A stretch of DNA of 64,000 nucleotides from Octopus sinensis (taxonomy: Eukaryota). Each line of letters starts with the position of its first letter. Positions within the stretch are counted from its first letter, which is position 1. The stretch covers positions 74,462,001-74,526,000 of the forward strand of contig NC_043006.1 of NCBI RefSeq assembly GCF_006345805.1. The letters run 5' to 3'. Made by a program: the position numbers and the translations under genes. Under the pieces are notes generated by a model. It was given only the letters and a program-made list of their open reading frames with translations. It was not told the DNA's origin and made no database searches. Of this stretch, positions 12,058 to 25,986 are shown piece by piece.

Positions 12058-12898
12058 CAGTAATCCTTCGCCATAACGCGGTTCACTAATCGTGGTTCAG
12101 CTATCGCGGTTTATTATTTGAGCTTACGTCGATTCCTCTGTAGTGTTGTTTTGCATTTATATTAACATAAATATATACAAAGGCGAACTGGCAGAAAGGT
12201 TAGCACGCCGGGCGAAATGCTTAGCGGTATTTCGTCTGCGGTTACGTTCTGAGTTCAAATTCCGCCGAGGTCGACTTTACCTTTTATCCTTTCGGGTTCG
12301 ATTAAATAAGTACCAGTTACGCACTGGGGTCGATATAATCAACTTGATCCGTTTGTCTGGCCTTGTTTGTCCTCTCTGTGTTTAGCCCCTTGTGGGTAGT
12401 AAAGAAATAGGTATTTCGTCTGCCGCTACGTTCTGAGTTCAAATTCCGCCGAGATCGACTTTGCCTTTTAATCTTTCAGGATCGATAAATTAAGTACCAG
12501 TTACGCACTGGGGTCGATATAATCGACTTAATCCGTTTGTCTGTTCTTGTTTGTCCCCTCTCTGTGTAGCCCCTTGTGGGTAGTAAAGAAATAGGTATTT
12601 CCTCTGCCGCTACGTTCTGAGTTAAAATTCCGCCGAGATCGACTTTACTTTTTATCCTTTCAGGATCGATAAATACCAGTTACGCACTGGGGTCGATATA
12701 ATCGACTTAATCCGTTTGTCTGTCCTTGTTTGTCCCCTCTTTGTTTAGCCTCTTCTGGGCAATAAAGAAATAATAAATATACAGAAATTATAAAAACAAT
12801 GAAACAAATATACAGTACAGTACTGTTTCTACTTCGCGAATTTTCATCTGTCGCGGGGATTTTGGAACGTAGCACCCGCGATAATCAAGGGATCACTG
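12058..12898. mobile_element. Tigger/pogo-like MITE with TA target duplication, interrupted by a SINE C array
   Basis: TA|CAGTAATCCTTCG ... CAAGGGATCACTG|TA. 5' fragments of the same family occur at about 15120-15230 and 62032-62117. Confidence 0.75.
12180..12770 (+). mobile_element. SINE family C, about 3 tandem 184-bp units
   Basis: Unit starts at 12410 and 12594 (period 184). Confidence 0.9.
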
Positions 12899-12974
12899 TA
12901 ATTCACTTGAGGATTTAGTGAAATTAAATATTGGTTTCAAATTTTGACACAAAGCCAGCAATGTCAGGAGAGGA

Positions 12975-13510
12975 GTAAATCGATTATATCTACCCCAGTG
13001 CTCAACTGGTATTTACTTTATCGACCACGAAATGATGAAAGGCAAAGTCTACCTAGGTGGAATTTGAACTCAGGACGTAAAGATGGATGAAATACCTATT
13101 TCTTTACTACCCATAAGGGGCTGAACACAGAGAGGACAAACAAGGACAGACAAACGGATTAAGTCGATTATATCGACCCCAGTGCGAAACTGGTACTTAT
13201 TTAATCGACCCCGAAAGGATGAAAGGCAAAGTCGACCTCGACGGAATTTGAACTCTGAACGTAGCGGCAGACGAAATACATATTTCTTTATTACCCACAA
13301 GGGGCTAAACATAGAGGGGCCAAACAAGGTAGACATGGTATTAAGTCGATTATATCGAACCTAGTGCGTAACTGGTACTTAATTTATCGACCCCGAAAGG
13401 ATGAAAGCAAAGTCGACCTCGGCGGAATTTGAACTCACAACGTAATGGCAGGCGAAATACCGCTAAGCATTTTGCCCGATGTGCTAATGAACTATCAGTT
13501 CACCGCCCTA
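12975..13510 (-). mobile_element. SINE family C, about 3 tandem units
   Basis: Reverse complement of the same units, with the head at about 13440-13510. Confidence 0.85.
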
Positions 13511-14084
13511 GCCAAATTAAATATTCGTTCTAAGTACATTACAGACTTCCATTAATGGGAACTAATGGCTAAATTAGATCGACCTGTTTTGAATATATAT
13601 GGTATCATGTGTTGATATGTCTTATCAAAATAGATATCGAAGAAGCGTATTTTATGCAAACGCCAAAGCAAATCTCGGCATCTAAAAGCTATGCTTCTAC
13701 TTGACTATTTAATTACTTGTGAGTTATATTAGTAAATTTCTTCGCGATATTTATTTCCTATCTGAAAACATTCTTCAGAATTCCTAATAAGAAAAGCAGA
13801 TTTATTACTTCAGATAAATGTTATCAAATTTAGAAATTTGATCTTTCCCTATTCTTAGCACAGTATAACTGAAGGAAATTTGTTATGTAATTGCAAATAG
13901 AATTCCGTCTAAATCCAATGGATTAATAATAATATTCGGAAAATATAAATACTGCTTTAATTTTCATCAAAGGTTTTTACTCATAAAGTATAGATCTGTA
14001 AGTTATTACATTCGATGTTATCTGCAGAGAGAGTTATATTATTTATAGAAGCGGTAAGGATTTATACAAATAGAATCGTTAGCA

Positions 14085-14450
14085 CGCCGGGGAAAATGCT
14101 TAGCGGTATTTCGTCTGCCGCTACGTTCTGAGTTCAAATTCCGCCGAGGTCGACTCTGCCTTTCATCCTTTCGGGATCGATAAATTAAGTACCAGTTACG
14201 CACTGATGTCGATATAATCGACTTAATCCGTTTGTCTGTCCTTGTTTGTCCTCTCTGTGTTTAGCCCCTTGTGGGTAGTAAAGAAATAGGTATTTCGTCC
14301 GCCGCTACCGCTACGTTCTGAGTTCATATTCTGCCGAGGTCGACTTTACCTTTTTTATCCTTTCGGGGTCGTTAAATAAGTACCAACTACGCACTGGGGT
14401 CGATGCGATCGACTTAATCTCTTCCCCGAATTTGTGGCCTCATTCTTCAA
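14085..14450 (+). mobile_element. SINE family C, 2 units plus tail
   Basis: gttagcacgccggggaaaatgcttagcggtatttcg...gttcaaattccgccgaggtcgac. Confidence 0.85.
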
Positions 14451-15461
14451 GTAGAAACATGTTTTTATACAGGCGGTAAGTTGCCAGAATTGTAAAGGAA
14501 GAAACGCTTAGCAATACTACTTTCGGCTTGTTATGTTCTGCGTTCAAATGCTATCGAAGCTGGCTTTGGTTTTTATCCTTTCACGGTTCATAAAAGAGTA
14601 CAACTTGAGCACTGAGGTGGATGTAATTGACTGCCCTCTCATCTCAAAATTGCCGGCATTATTCCAAAATTATGATGAATTAACATACTGAGAGCGTATA
14701 TAATTCTCATCGATCCTGCCTATGTCAAAGACGCTTTCGCCAAGATCATCTCTTTTGCTCGGTATAATATATTTAGGCGTTCATGATTTGAGGTAATATT
14801 AAACCGAATAATTGCATACATATCTGGTTAACTTCAAAGGAAATTTGAATAGATATATATTCAATTATATATTTCCCAGTATAAATTTCCAAGTATGTTA
14901 ACACGAAACCTATCTCCAAAGACCCGAAAAATATAACTGAATATTTCATAACATAATTAAATGATGTAGTTAATACTAATTTTAAAGTTAATTTTGCCAG
15001 CGAGGTTCTGTAAACTACTGATTACACTTTAGCAGTGGTGTTTCAGTTCTCTTCAGCAGCCAATACACGTTATTAGAAAACGTATTAAAAACCTTGGCGT
15101 TTATGAAGACTACTTATGAATCCCTCGCCATATCGCGGTTCACCTATCGCGGTTTATTATTTGCGTTTACATCGATTCCTCCATAGTGCTGTTTTGCATT
15201 TATAATAAAATAAAGATATACAAATTATAAGAATAATATATATATACATACATACATAATGGTGCACACTGCTCATCCTGTCAATAAGCACATACTTACT
15301 CACATACACACTCCATTTTATACGCACTGGTGTCATTCGGATCGTGTACATATATACACACATACCCCCAACACACACGCACATGTATACACTCACGCGT
15401 ATACAGACATATATACCTATATATACATACACATATATACCCTTGTGGATATCGAGCACTC

Positions 15462-15775
15462 CGTCGGTTACGACTACGAGGGTCCTAGCTGATACGACCA
15501 ACGGAAGAGCTTACTCGTGAAATTAACGTGCAAATGGCTGAGCACTCCACAGACACGTGTACTGTTAACGTATTTCTCGGAGAGATTCAGCGTGACACAG
15601 AGTGTTACAAGGCCGGCCCTTTGAAATGCAGGTACTACTCATTTCTGCCAGCTGAGTGAACTAGGGTAACGTGAAAATAAAGTGTCTTGCTCAAGGACTA
15701 AATGCATCGCGGGAATTGAACACAAGAGCTTACGATCGTGAGACAAATGCCCTAACAACTAAACCACTCGCCTTC
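15462..15775 (-). mobile_element. SINE: CORE-type head joined to family A tail
   Basis: Minus strand ...ttgagcaagacacttta.tttcacgttaccctagttcactcagctgg..., then the family A tail ending accgacggagtgc. Confidence 0.65.
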
Positions 15776-16348
15776 GAATCGTGCATATATATATGCTTAT
15801 ACACATGCATACATATACAGCTACCCTGCAAACGCGCGTGCATTATAAGTATTTTTCTTTTAAGTAAAGCGTGCGTTCGTATATCCAAGCACACATTTAC
15901 ACAGGGTAAATGCGTTCGTGCCACTCGGCTTTGTCGATATACGCATCTATCAATATTTACACGTACATCCACACATATACACAAATATGTATATACACAG
16001 ACATGCAAACATATACACCTATATATATGTACAATATATATATATAGTAGCGAGAAGTTGAGGTTATAAGAGATAATGGTGCCATTGAAACCCAAAGGTG
16101 TCAGGTAATGCTGAAGAAGTGCTATAGACAGACCATAGTTAAGTTCTAGATTCGGTAATATTGCGAATAAAGGGTTCAACGTTGGTTCTATGTCAGCGTG
16201 TGTATATCAGAATTTTTTGCGTAATAAGATTAGAAGGTCTTACAGCTCTATTTTGTATTACATCTAAAATAACTATGACTTAATTTTATCCTCACACCGT
16301 CTCTGATGAAATATATATATGAAATATATATATAGACATATATATATA

Positions 16349-16427
<79 letters not shown>

Positions 16428-16539
16428 GCAGTAAGCACATAAATGTGAAACAAGGTGGAAGAAAGTGTACTCAAATACCAGAGGTAGAGTAATATGATTT
16501 AAAAGCAGCAGTGTATGTATATATATGTGTGTGTGTGTG

Positions 16540-16645
16540 TAGGCTCGAAACGTAAAAGACTATCTATTCCTGAGCATTATGCTAATACATCTGTTTGTTT
16601 TGTACACCATCTGTCTTCGTCTTTTTTTTTTGTAAACTCTCCCTA
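16540..16645 (+). mobile_element. truncated PLE pLTR (same family as 2040-2220)
   Basis: gtaggctcgaaacgtaaaagac...atacatctgtttgttttgtacaccatctgtcttcgtc between microsatellites. Confidence 0.7.
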
Positions 16646-17285
16646 TATATATATATATATATTATATATATATATTATATATATATATATATATTTTCAT
16701 ATACATATGTATACTTATAATGTTATACATATGCATGCGCATGTATAAATAAATTTGTATATGTATGTATAGTTATTTCTGTATGTTAAAGACAATGGAA
16801 AATCCTAGTCGATTGTTAGATTTTCTTGATCCCTCCTCAAGATAGAAACATGAATGAATTGTGTATTTTGTCTATTAATATCGTAAAATTTTTAAACATC
16901 AATGTTTGTTTACGTGATAGAGAGAAGTAAGTAGTGCCCGTATGTATGTGCGTATTTATCTAGTTATTTTTGTGTTTGTTTATTTTATGAGTGAAAACAA
17001 AAGACACGTTTGTGATAAGTTCCTGGGCTTAGAGTGATTTTCATATAACTTACATTACTCCTAAAGATATCCCTCTGATATATCCGATTCGTTATTAAAT
17101 TAGCAATAAAATAATGGGTGATAAACAAATCTCGTATATATCTATCTGCGTGTGTGTATGTGTATGAGTCTATATATGTATGGCGTGTGAATAATATCTT
17201 CCAGAAATTCAAATACCTACATACATATATATATATATATAATATACACACAAACATATATACATACATAGATACACACACATGC

Positions 17286-17351
<66 letters not shown>

Positions 17352-18919
17352 TTAGGGAATAAATCCAAATTTACAGGGAAAAAAAATCAGATTTAGGATT
17401 AAATCCAATTTTATAGTAAAATATTATATAATATTATTAGAGACAAAACCACTATTTTGCAAAACAAACAAGGAAAGACTTAATCAATACATAAAATTTT
17501 AATAAAAAGTCAAAATACGGGATTTGTAGTTATATTACTGTAAATCCTTATTATAAAGCTGTACACAAAATAAAATGATAAAATTGGGTAGTTAAACATT
17601 TTTAGGCAGCACTAAAATATTTAACAGAATTCCCAAAATCAAAAATTAGAGGAAAAACTATTGAAGCTTTACTAACAACAAAATGCAAACTAATATTAAA
17701 TACACATATATTTCACGTCTAAAAAGAGAAAAAAATCTATATCATGACATGAAATCTACCAGGATTTTCTGTCATAGTATTTTAAACCCGACGTCGAGGA
17801 TTTTATCACTTACAAAATTTTTTCCAAATCCTTTGCGATTTACTGTAAAACGCGTAGGTTACTACAACAGTTTCATTTGAAAATAGTATTGAGAATGTCT
17901 AGAAGTATAATGTCTGTGGATATTGGTACATTGCTCTTGCAAACAATATATAAGAACCTAATAATCCTTTGTACTATAGTCACAAGGCCTGAAATTTGGG
18001 GTAGTGGATAGTCGATTATGCCTACTCAAAAACATAAAAGGCGAAATCGACCTCGGCGGAATTTGAACTTAAAACGTAGTGAAGGGCGAACTACCGCTGT
18101 GCATTTCATTCAGCGTGCTAACGATTCTGCCAGCTTGACGCCTTATTAGAACCGAATAATGGTTTGAAAATTTGGCAGAGAGCCAGTAAATTTTGAGACG
18201 AAGTCGATGTAATCGACTTGGGCACTCAACAGGCATTATTTTATCGACCTAGAAAGGATGAAAGACAAACTCGTGCTCAGCGGAATTTGAATACAGTACG
18301 TAAAGACAATATCGCCAAGCATCTTTTTCGGAGTGCTAACGGTTCTGCCAGCTCGCCACCTTTGAATAACTCTTAATTTTAAAGATCAAGCAACAATATT
18401 CATGTTTTAGTATGCGTGTATCTATGTCCATCTATATATATACGTTTATGAATGTTTCTGTCTTTGTGTGTTTGCGTGTGAATGTTTACGATTTCGTTAC
18501 ATTCCTGATCTCCGCTCATCTTGGAACGATACCAATATTTCTTTTTCCTCTTCTTCTTCTTGCCTCTTTCCTACGCTTGTCCCTTCGTACAGTATCATGC
18601 TAACACGTCATACATGAACTCGGTACATGTTTATTTATTTCTTTATTGCCCACAGGAGGCTAAACATAGAATGGACAGAGACAGACAAATGGATTAAGTC
18701 GATTACATCGACCCCAGTGCGTATCTGGTACTTATTTAATCGACCCCTACAGCAACCACTACAGGTGAATACTGAATTGCCAAGTGAAGGTCATGCCTTC
18801 CACCTTTCCTCTTTTCGTGGTCGGAGCTGATTTCGATCCTCCTCCATATTAAAACTTTATGCAGAATGTCACCAGAATAAACAGCTCGATATTATATACT
18901 TTCATATTTCAACAAATGC

Positions 18920-19580
18920 AGAACAGAAGTCTCCTTTGCATAGTTCCTATCTCAAAGGAGGGATGGACCGTTGGGCACCACCAGCTCTTAATGTGGCCAC
19001 GCAGAACTTCATATGGATTGCAATTCCCTCACTAAGCCAATGCATACGACACTCGTTGAACGTTACAGATATGTCTTTCGCCTCTCTTCTAACAAGTACC
19101 TCACAATTGAGGATTTTAAATTCCCGTGTGATGTGAATTATTTTGGGAAGACATCTCATGTGAAAAGCTTTAACTTCCTCACTTTACTAACTTATATCGT
19201 CCACTTTTCGCTACGTATAGTAAGTTGCTGACAAAACATGTTGATAAATATTCAATTTGCTGCTTTGTGAGAGTGTTTGTTTGCCGCACACTCTGTTGGT
19301 GAATTTAATCATAACAGGAACAGTGTTGCTAGTCCATGCATTAATCATTGCATTTTGAGACAAGTTGTTAGATATGATTGAAAACGGATACATGAAATTA
19401 CCTACACCTTTCAGTGTGGAAATCTTGATAGACAAAGAGAGTGCGGAGAAGTCTTAGTCATAATCTTAGGTTTCTTTATGCAGCTGTTGAGGTTGAACAC
19501 AGAGTTTGCGTTAGAGAATTGTTCGATGACGCACTGAAGACAATTACACAGGTCATTAGCAGAGCTGCTTCATATGTAAG
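18920..19580 (-). pseudogene. RTE-clade LINE ORF2 remnant (late RT and C-terminus)
   Basis: Minus strand, frameshifted: YEAAL..LQCVIEQFSNANSVFNL..IKKPKIM (cf. FADDAAL..LQ..D.FS.AC..FGLTISLKKT.VM); NFMYPFSIISNNLS..KFTNRVC...KLNIYQHVL; HMRCLPKIIHI..KILNCEVL..HWL..PPLR. Confidence 0.75.
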
Positions 19581-21213
19581 TTTCTTCCCTAATTCTTCAA
19601 TCCCTCTACCTCCCACTTCTCTCTGTTCCCCCTACGTGATCTTTCTTTCTTGGCTTGACCGACGCTCGAACAACACGTTATTTCCCTCTCTCTTGACTTT
19701 TATGTATGTTTGTTGCCACAAGGCTTCCACTTCACACACCAGCTTAACTTAACTTGTTCTTTTAGTCGAAAGACACCTGCTGTTATTCTTGTTGTTTGTA
19801 TTTGTAATCGTGTAACATTTTCTCTGCTTTCTCGTTTCTTTTTCTGTGTTGTCGCACATATTCGCTCGCTTTCTTCCAAACATTTAATGCCCATAGCAAT
19901 TTTGAACAGTCTCAAGTGTAACCAGCCGAAACTGTAATGATGATTGAAAGCTTGACTGATGAATAGAAAGCCACAAATGTTCCGTCTTGGTTTTCCTGTC
20001 CATCTTTCAATCGTCCACCTGTCCTTATGTTTTTATTGTCGTGCGCTACGTTCTTGCTCCGTTTTTGTGATTTATATATATATATATATGTGTGTGTGAG
20101 TGTGTGTGTGTGTGTGGCACTCCGTTGGTTACGACGACAGGAGTTCCAGTTGAGCTGATGAACAGGACAGCCTGATATGCGTAACACTTAAAGTAATTCT
20201 AAGGGAGATTCAGCGTGACCCATCAAGTGACAAGACTGGCCTTTTGAAATATTCTCACCACCTTTCTAAAAACGCTATTAATTCTAGCTAATAGCAAATA
20301 TTTCGTTTCGTTTGTCAAATCCTGGCTGGTTTATATACCAACTACTCACACTGTCACTAGCTCTATATTGTATAGTTTAAAAATCTAAATACCTTTAGCT
20401 CAACGGCTGCTGACAAGGGGATTATTCGCCAAAACATCTACAACTCTAGAGTGCTAATTTGTAGTAAATATTCAATATTTTTTTCGTGTGTTATAGTTAA
20501 AGTTCATTTTCCCAGTTTCTCTCATTCGCCTAGATATAAATTCATAGCACTCAGTACCTGCTTATTTGTTGTTTACTCTCAGTGATTAAATATCTCGTTT
20601 ATATGCCTTGGTCTAACTGCTATGTATGTTTATGCATGTGCGTTTGTGTGCATCATGTATATTTATCGTTTCACGTTCAAAAATAATAAATGGTCATATT
20701 GCACAGTGAACAACGAGAATCAAACCTATGGCTTACATCTCGCTACTCCAGGGTCGAACTAAAATATGCTACTCTCTGTTGTGTTTTGTCAAAGGAGAAT
20801 AACTTCTACTTTAAGATAAATATGTGTTCATAGCACACTCGATTCCTTAACGTAACCAGATTCTGTAACTCCCAGTGTTTCGACAACGTCGTAACTCATC
20901 AGTCAAAGACATCTCGGAATAGTGAATCTAACAAGAGTTCAAATGAAAAGTATTCTTGTATCTTTGTATAGACAAAGTGATAGGTTTGCAGTTACCATTG
21001 TAGAGATTAAGATAACAGCTTATCTCGTATGTCAACTGACTGTCACAGATATCAAGCTGGATTACTGCATTAGACTATAGTATTCTTTACCTGCATGTAC
21101 GTAGATATAACCAAACATACTCATACATGTATGTACACAAATTAATTTTAAAACTTGTTTAATGAAAGTGATTCCTTTTCTATATTCCTTACGTTTCTCT
21201 TTAATATTTTCAG

Positions 21214-21382
21214 ATACAAATCAATGGAATTTATTAAGACAATGGATACTGATCTTCGGGATATTAATTGAAGATATATTTATGTGGTAATTCTACAGGA
21301 TACTCTAATGACATCTACGCTTTAAAAGACAACGAACATTTCCAGAAATATCGATTACCGTGTGGTTATACAAAAATCCAAT
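21214..21382 (+). promoter_or_regulatory. predicted 5' UTR part of the first coding exon, with uORFs
   Basis: Polypyrimidine tract plus AG (ccttacgtttctctttaatattttcag) ends at 21213. uORFs at 21224-21271, 21282-21290 and 21308-21325. Confidence 0.5.
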
Positions 21383-21874
21383 ATGGATTACTTGAACGAT
21401 TCCATGTTTAATAACATGACTTATAACATAACTTCTACTCCTTTACCTGATGCACCTCGCTTTGATAATGTATATGTATCGAAGCTGTGTGTCCTCGGAA
21501 CTGTCTTTGTGATTTCCTTTTTCGGAAACACTCTTGTGATTATACAAATATTCAGAATTAGAGGATCGCGTTCCACAATACAAAGCTTAATCCTGAATCT
21601 AGCCATTGCTGACTTAATGGTCAGTTTTTTCAACATACTTATGGACATCATATGGTCAGCTACTGTAGAGTGGCTGGCAGGAAATACAATGTGCAAGATT
21701 ATGAAGTATCTTACAGTTTTTGGTCTACATTTATCCACTTACATAACAGTAAGCATAGCGTTGGATAGATGTTTTGCCATCCTCTCGCCAATGAGCCGCA
21801 GTAAAGCACCTCTTAGAGTACGTATCATGATCACAATGGCGTGGGTCCTCAGTGCTATTTTCAGTATACCGCAG
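21383..21874 (+). CDS. GnRHR: GnRH/corazonin-type class A GPCR, first coding exon (N-terminus, TM1-TM4; 164 codons)
   Basis: MDYLNDSMFNNMTYNITS (N-glycosylation sites); TM1 GNTLV; TM2 LNLAIADLMV; EL1 W..G..MC; TM3 SIALDRCFAI (DRC); TM4 AWVLSAIFSIPQ. Phase-0 donor CAG|gtaagt at 21874/21875. Matches my recollection of Octopus oct-GnRHR (not database-checked). Confidence 0.88.
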
Positions 21875-22624
21875 GTAAGTGAAAACTGTTATTTATATAA
21901 TCATATAATTTACTGTTATATAATCATATTATTGAAATAACTAATATAAAGGTGCAGGCATGGTCATATGATTAGCAATTACGCGTTGCAATCATGCGGT
22001 TACGGGTTCAAATCCACGAAGGGCTCCACACAGTTTCTGTTTACCAAGTTCGCTTACAAGGCATTGGGCGCCTCGGTGCTATAGTAGAACACACTAGCCA
22101 CAGGTACCGTGCACTGGTACTGAATTCGAAACCACGTGGTTGTAAAACAAGCCTGCTAGCGACACAGCCATATCTGACGCTTATGTATACTTATTTGTCT
22201 TTTTTCACCCGAAATGCTTTCGTGTTTAGAAAAGTACCAAAATATCTGATTTCTTAAATAAAGAGGGAATGAGCAAGATCTGAAATTTCTAAAGAAAAAT
22301 TTCTGATTCATAAAAGCCGTCAAAACGATCGTGGATGTAATACACTTTTGTATCTCCTAATGATTAGGCATGCATATATATTCTTTTAAACTTTTATTTG
22401 TTTCAGTCCTTTAACGGCGGCCATGCTGGAGCACCGCCTTTAGTCGAACAAATCGACCCCATGACTTATTCTTAGTAAGTCTAGTACTTAGTCTATCAGG
22501 CTCTTTTGCCAAATCGCTAACATCGGTTGCCAAGCGATGGTGAGAGTGACAAACACGAGTCAAATAGTGCAACCGCCATAACTGCGGAACTTGCATCTTC
22601 CTCTTAGAGAGCTTAACATACAAA

Positions 22625-23835
22625 TTTATGTCAGGTCAAACTTTTATCGTAAAAATCACTTCACCTGTGCTTCGAAGAACTTAATCTATGTTCTCATATG
22701 TGGAGGGTGTGGTGGAGACTACATAGGTCAAACTAAGGACAGGCTAATGGTGCAATGACAAAAAATCCGGGACCACACGATTAGGAAAATTCCTGTAAGC
22801 AAAGAACTAGACCAATGCCCCGTAAACATAAACCTGAAATACCGAATCTTCTCTCTGTATCAATGCACTAAAATCATCCCAAACCAATTCCGTTTAAGAA
22901 AGCATAATCATTAAAAAATATATACCACAGCTGAATAACCTTTAGAACGATGAAAAAACACTAAAGAGAAAAAGAAAAAAAGACTCAATTTCTCCACAAA
23001 AAACAACCAGGAACAGCAAACTATTTTAAAAACTTTAGTAACAGTCTCTCACCCGGGTTTTGAAACCGCAACTCCAAATCACCATACAATAACACCATAC
23101 AAACACCAATTGCCGACGTCATCTATCTCTAGCCCAATGAAATTTTACAAACATCAGTTGCTGACGTCATGTAGCTCTATAACAATCAAAACCGAACTTC
23201 AACAAATACAACAAAATGATCCTTTAAGGGAATCAACCAACCGTAACGACTGCTAACCGTTCCCCACAGGGAAGTCAACCAGGCAGAACGAAAAACTTGA
23301 CCACCGGAAAAACAAGACGTGATCAGTACTTTAAAAAAAATCAGATCAGCTCGCGGAAAAAATTACAAATAGACCGGATTCCAAAACACACCGTTACAAG
23401 TCAAAGTTCTTTCGCACGACGGAAAAAAGTATCAGAAAAATTGTAAACCAAATTCCTTTTTTTACTATCCTCATTTCTCCCTTGTTTTTTTGTCCCTATT
23501 AACTCAGTATGACTGAAACTTTGATAATATTCATTTCTTGTCGATTACTACTAACACTGATGAGCTTTGCAGATTCAAACAAATTGACGCACAGTTTTAA
23601 TATTATTGACTGTTATGAACATCTTTTTCAAATTCATAAAACTAAATTTGTCTGTTATGAACATTTAAATTTGTTAACATTGAAACTTTTAAAGATGTTT
23701 TTCTAATTTATAATTCTAAACTTTTACCATTGGTAGACAAAATATATTGTTGAAACTAGTTTGGTTTATAAATATAAATTTATTATAAACAATTACAAGT
23801 TTTTCAAATTTATGTGAATTTTCAGCAACAACTTT
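22625..23835 (+). mobile_element. degraded Penelope-like element (GIY-YIG remnant plus 3' region ending in (TA)n)
   Basis: Not in the ORF track. SGQTFIVK/(frameshift)NHFTCASKNLIYVLICGGCGGDYIGQTKDRLMVQ*QKIRDHTIRKIPVSKELDQC..YRIFSLYQ..FRLRK at about 22628-22915. Confidence 0.75.
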
Positions 23836-23960
23836 GATATATATATATATATAATTTCAGCAACATTTCAGCAATAGTCTGTGACTATTTTCTCTTTCTC
23901 ACTAGATCGCTGGTGGCAAAAAAATTTCTTTTGAATTTTTTGCTACCCTTATATTGATTA

Positions 23961-23993
<33 letters not shown>

Positions 23994-24836
23994 GGGAATA
24001 AAATATTATTCCAACCTTACAGGTAAAATTCACTATAATAACATTAGATCGAATTTCGTAATATATAATATATGTATACAACTAATTTAGAGACGAACTA
24101 CCATTCCACAACTCAGTCAATGAATAACCCGTTCAAAACCATGCTGTGAGACATATACCATACAAAATACTAATCCAAAATTTTAATAATATATAATATT
24201 GAACAGTAAGATTATTACAATCATATAATATAAAAGAGCAAATACTTCTAAAATCCCAGCGAATACAAAGAAATATTCATCATAAAAATATTAATCTAAA
24301 ATCAAATGAAATATAAATTGAACAATAAAAATTTATGCATTAATATGATGTATAAAAGTAAATACTTGTACATCGACTACGCGCGTTTCATGGCTGCATT
24401 ACGACTATGTAAAATCATATAAGCAAACCATATCCAAGTTCATTAGAACGGAAAAATAGTTTTACTCCCATTAAAGAGATAAACATGAAATGAAAAAATC
24501 GTATTACTAAAAGCACGTTAAAAACTATCTTGCACCTAATATTTAAATTTGTGAACTTAGAAAATATTTCTTTCAGTAATTTATCGTAGTTGTTTACGAA
24601 TAGCGAATTGTAACTTGATAAGAAATCATTAAATTAGACAGTGAGATACTTTTTTACGTCAATTCCAGAAGCTGACATTGAGAAACCTTTTTAAAGAAGT
24701 GAAACAAAAATGTAAAGCAACATTATATATTTTTAATAAAAATTAAAATGATGACCCTATTCTCTATCCGAAGTCAAATTATTCATGCATTCCACGTATG
24801 GAAGTAATTCATGCAACCGTTTTCGCGTGAAAAGCG

Positions 24837-24870
<34 letters not shown>

Positions 24871-25176
24871 ACACACACACACAGGTCTATTTTATATAGT
24901 AAGTGATATACGACGGACTTCTTTCATTTTCAGTCCGCTAAATCCACTGACAAGGGTCTGGGATTGAACCTTGAACTATGTGGTTGGGAAGAAAGTTTCT
25001 TGCCACACAGCAACACCCGCGCCTATATATCTATATATAAGAGAACTTGTATGATTGTATAGAAAAATATATTAATCCACAGTTATCAATTGTGGAAAAC
25101 GACTGTCATCACATGAAACTAATGATTACGTAGCGCATGGAAGTACTGGTTCATTTCAATATTGTAAAATTGTAAG

Positions 25177-25770
25177 GCTGCGAACTGGCAGAGTCGTTAG
25201 CCCGCCGGGCGAAATGCTTAGCTGTATTTTGTCTACCGTTACGTTCTGAGTTCAAATTCCGCCGAGGTCGACTTTACCTTTCATCCTTTCGGGGACGATA
25301 AATTAAGTACCAGTTACGCACTGGGGTCGATATAATCGACTTTATCCGTTTGTCTGTCCTTGTATATCCCCGCTGTGTTTAGCCCCTGATGGGTAGTAAA
25401 GAAAGGTATTTCGTCTGCGGTTACGTTCTGAGTTCAAACTCCGCTGAGGTCGACTTTGACTTTCATCTTTCCGGGTCGATAAATTAAGTACCAGTTAGCC
25501 ACTGGGGTCGATGTAATCGACTTAATCCCTTTGTGTGTCCTTTTTTGTCCCCTCTGTGGGCAATAAAGAAATAAGAAACTTTAACTCGCCGGGCGAAATT
25601 CTTAGCGGTATTTCGTCTGTCTTCACAATCTGAGTGCAAATTCCGCCGAGGTCAACTTTGCCTTTCATCCTTTCGGGGTTAACAAATTAAGTACCTGTTG
25701 CGTACATGGGTCGATCTAATCGACTGACCCCACTCCCTCAAAATTTCGTGCCTTGTGCCTAGAGTAGAAA
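25177..25770 (+). mobile_element. SINE family C array with terminal tail
   Basis: Head, repeated units, a second partial head, and tail ccttgtgcctagagtagaaaag. Confidence 0.85.
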
Positions 25771-25906
25771 AGGACATTGTAAAATTGTAAAAATTGCGAA
25801 AAATCAGAATAGGATGGAATTTTATTGGTTTATATATATGTATGTATGTATGTATATGTATGTATGTATGTATGTATGTATATATATGTATGTATGTATA
25901 TATATG

Positions 25907-25938
<32 letters not shown>

Positions 25939-25986
25939 TGTATATATATATGTATGTATGTATATATATGTATGTATGTATATATA

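Noticed and set aside
12180-14450. Regularly spaced repeats resembling a CRISPR array
   Set aside because: The units are whole 184-bp tandem copies with no unique spacers, there are no cas genes, and the context is eukaryotic.
21362-21940. Full 192-aa ORF as annotated in the track
   Set aside because: The track starts at GTG upstream of the ATG at 21383 and reads through the splice donor at 21875; the tail VSENCYLYNH... is intronic.
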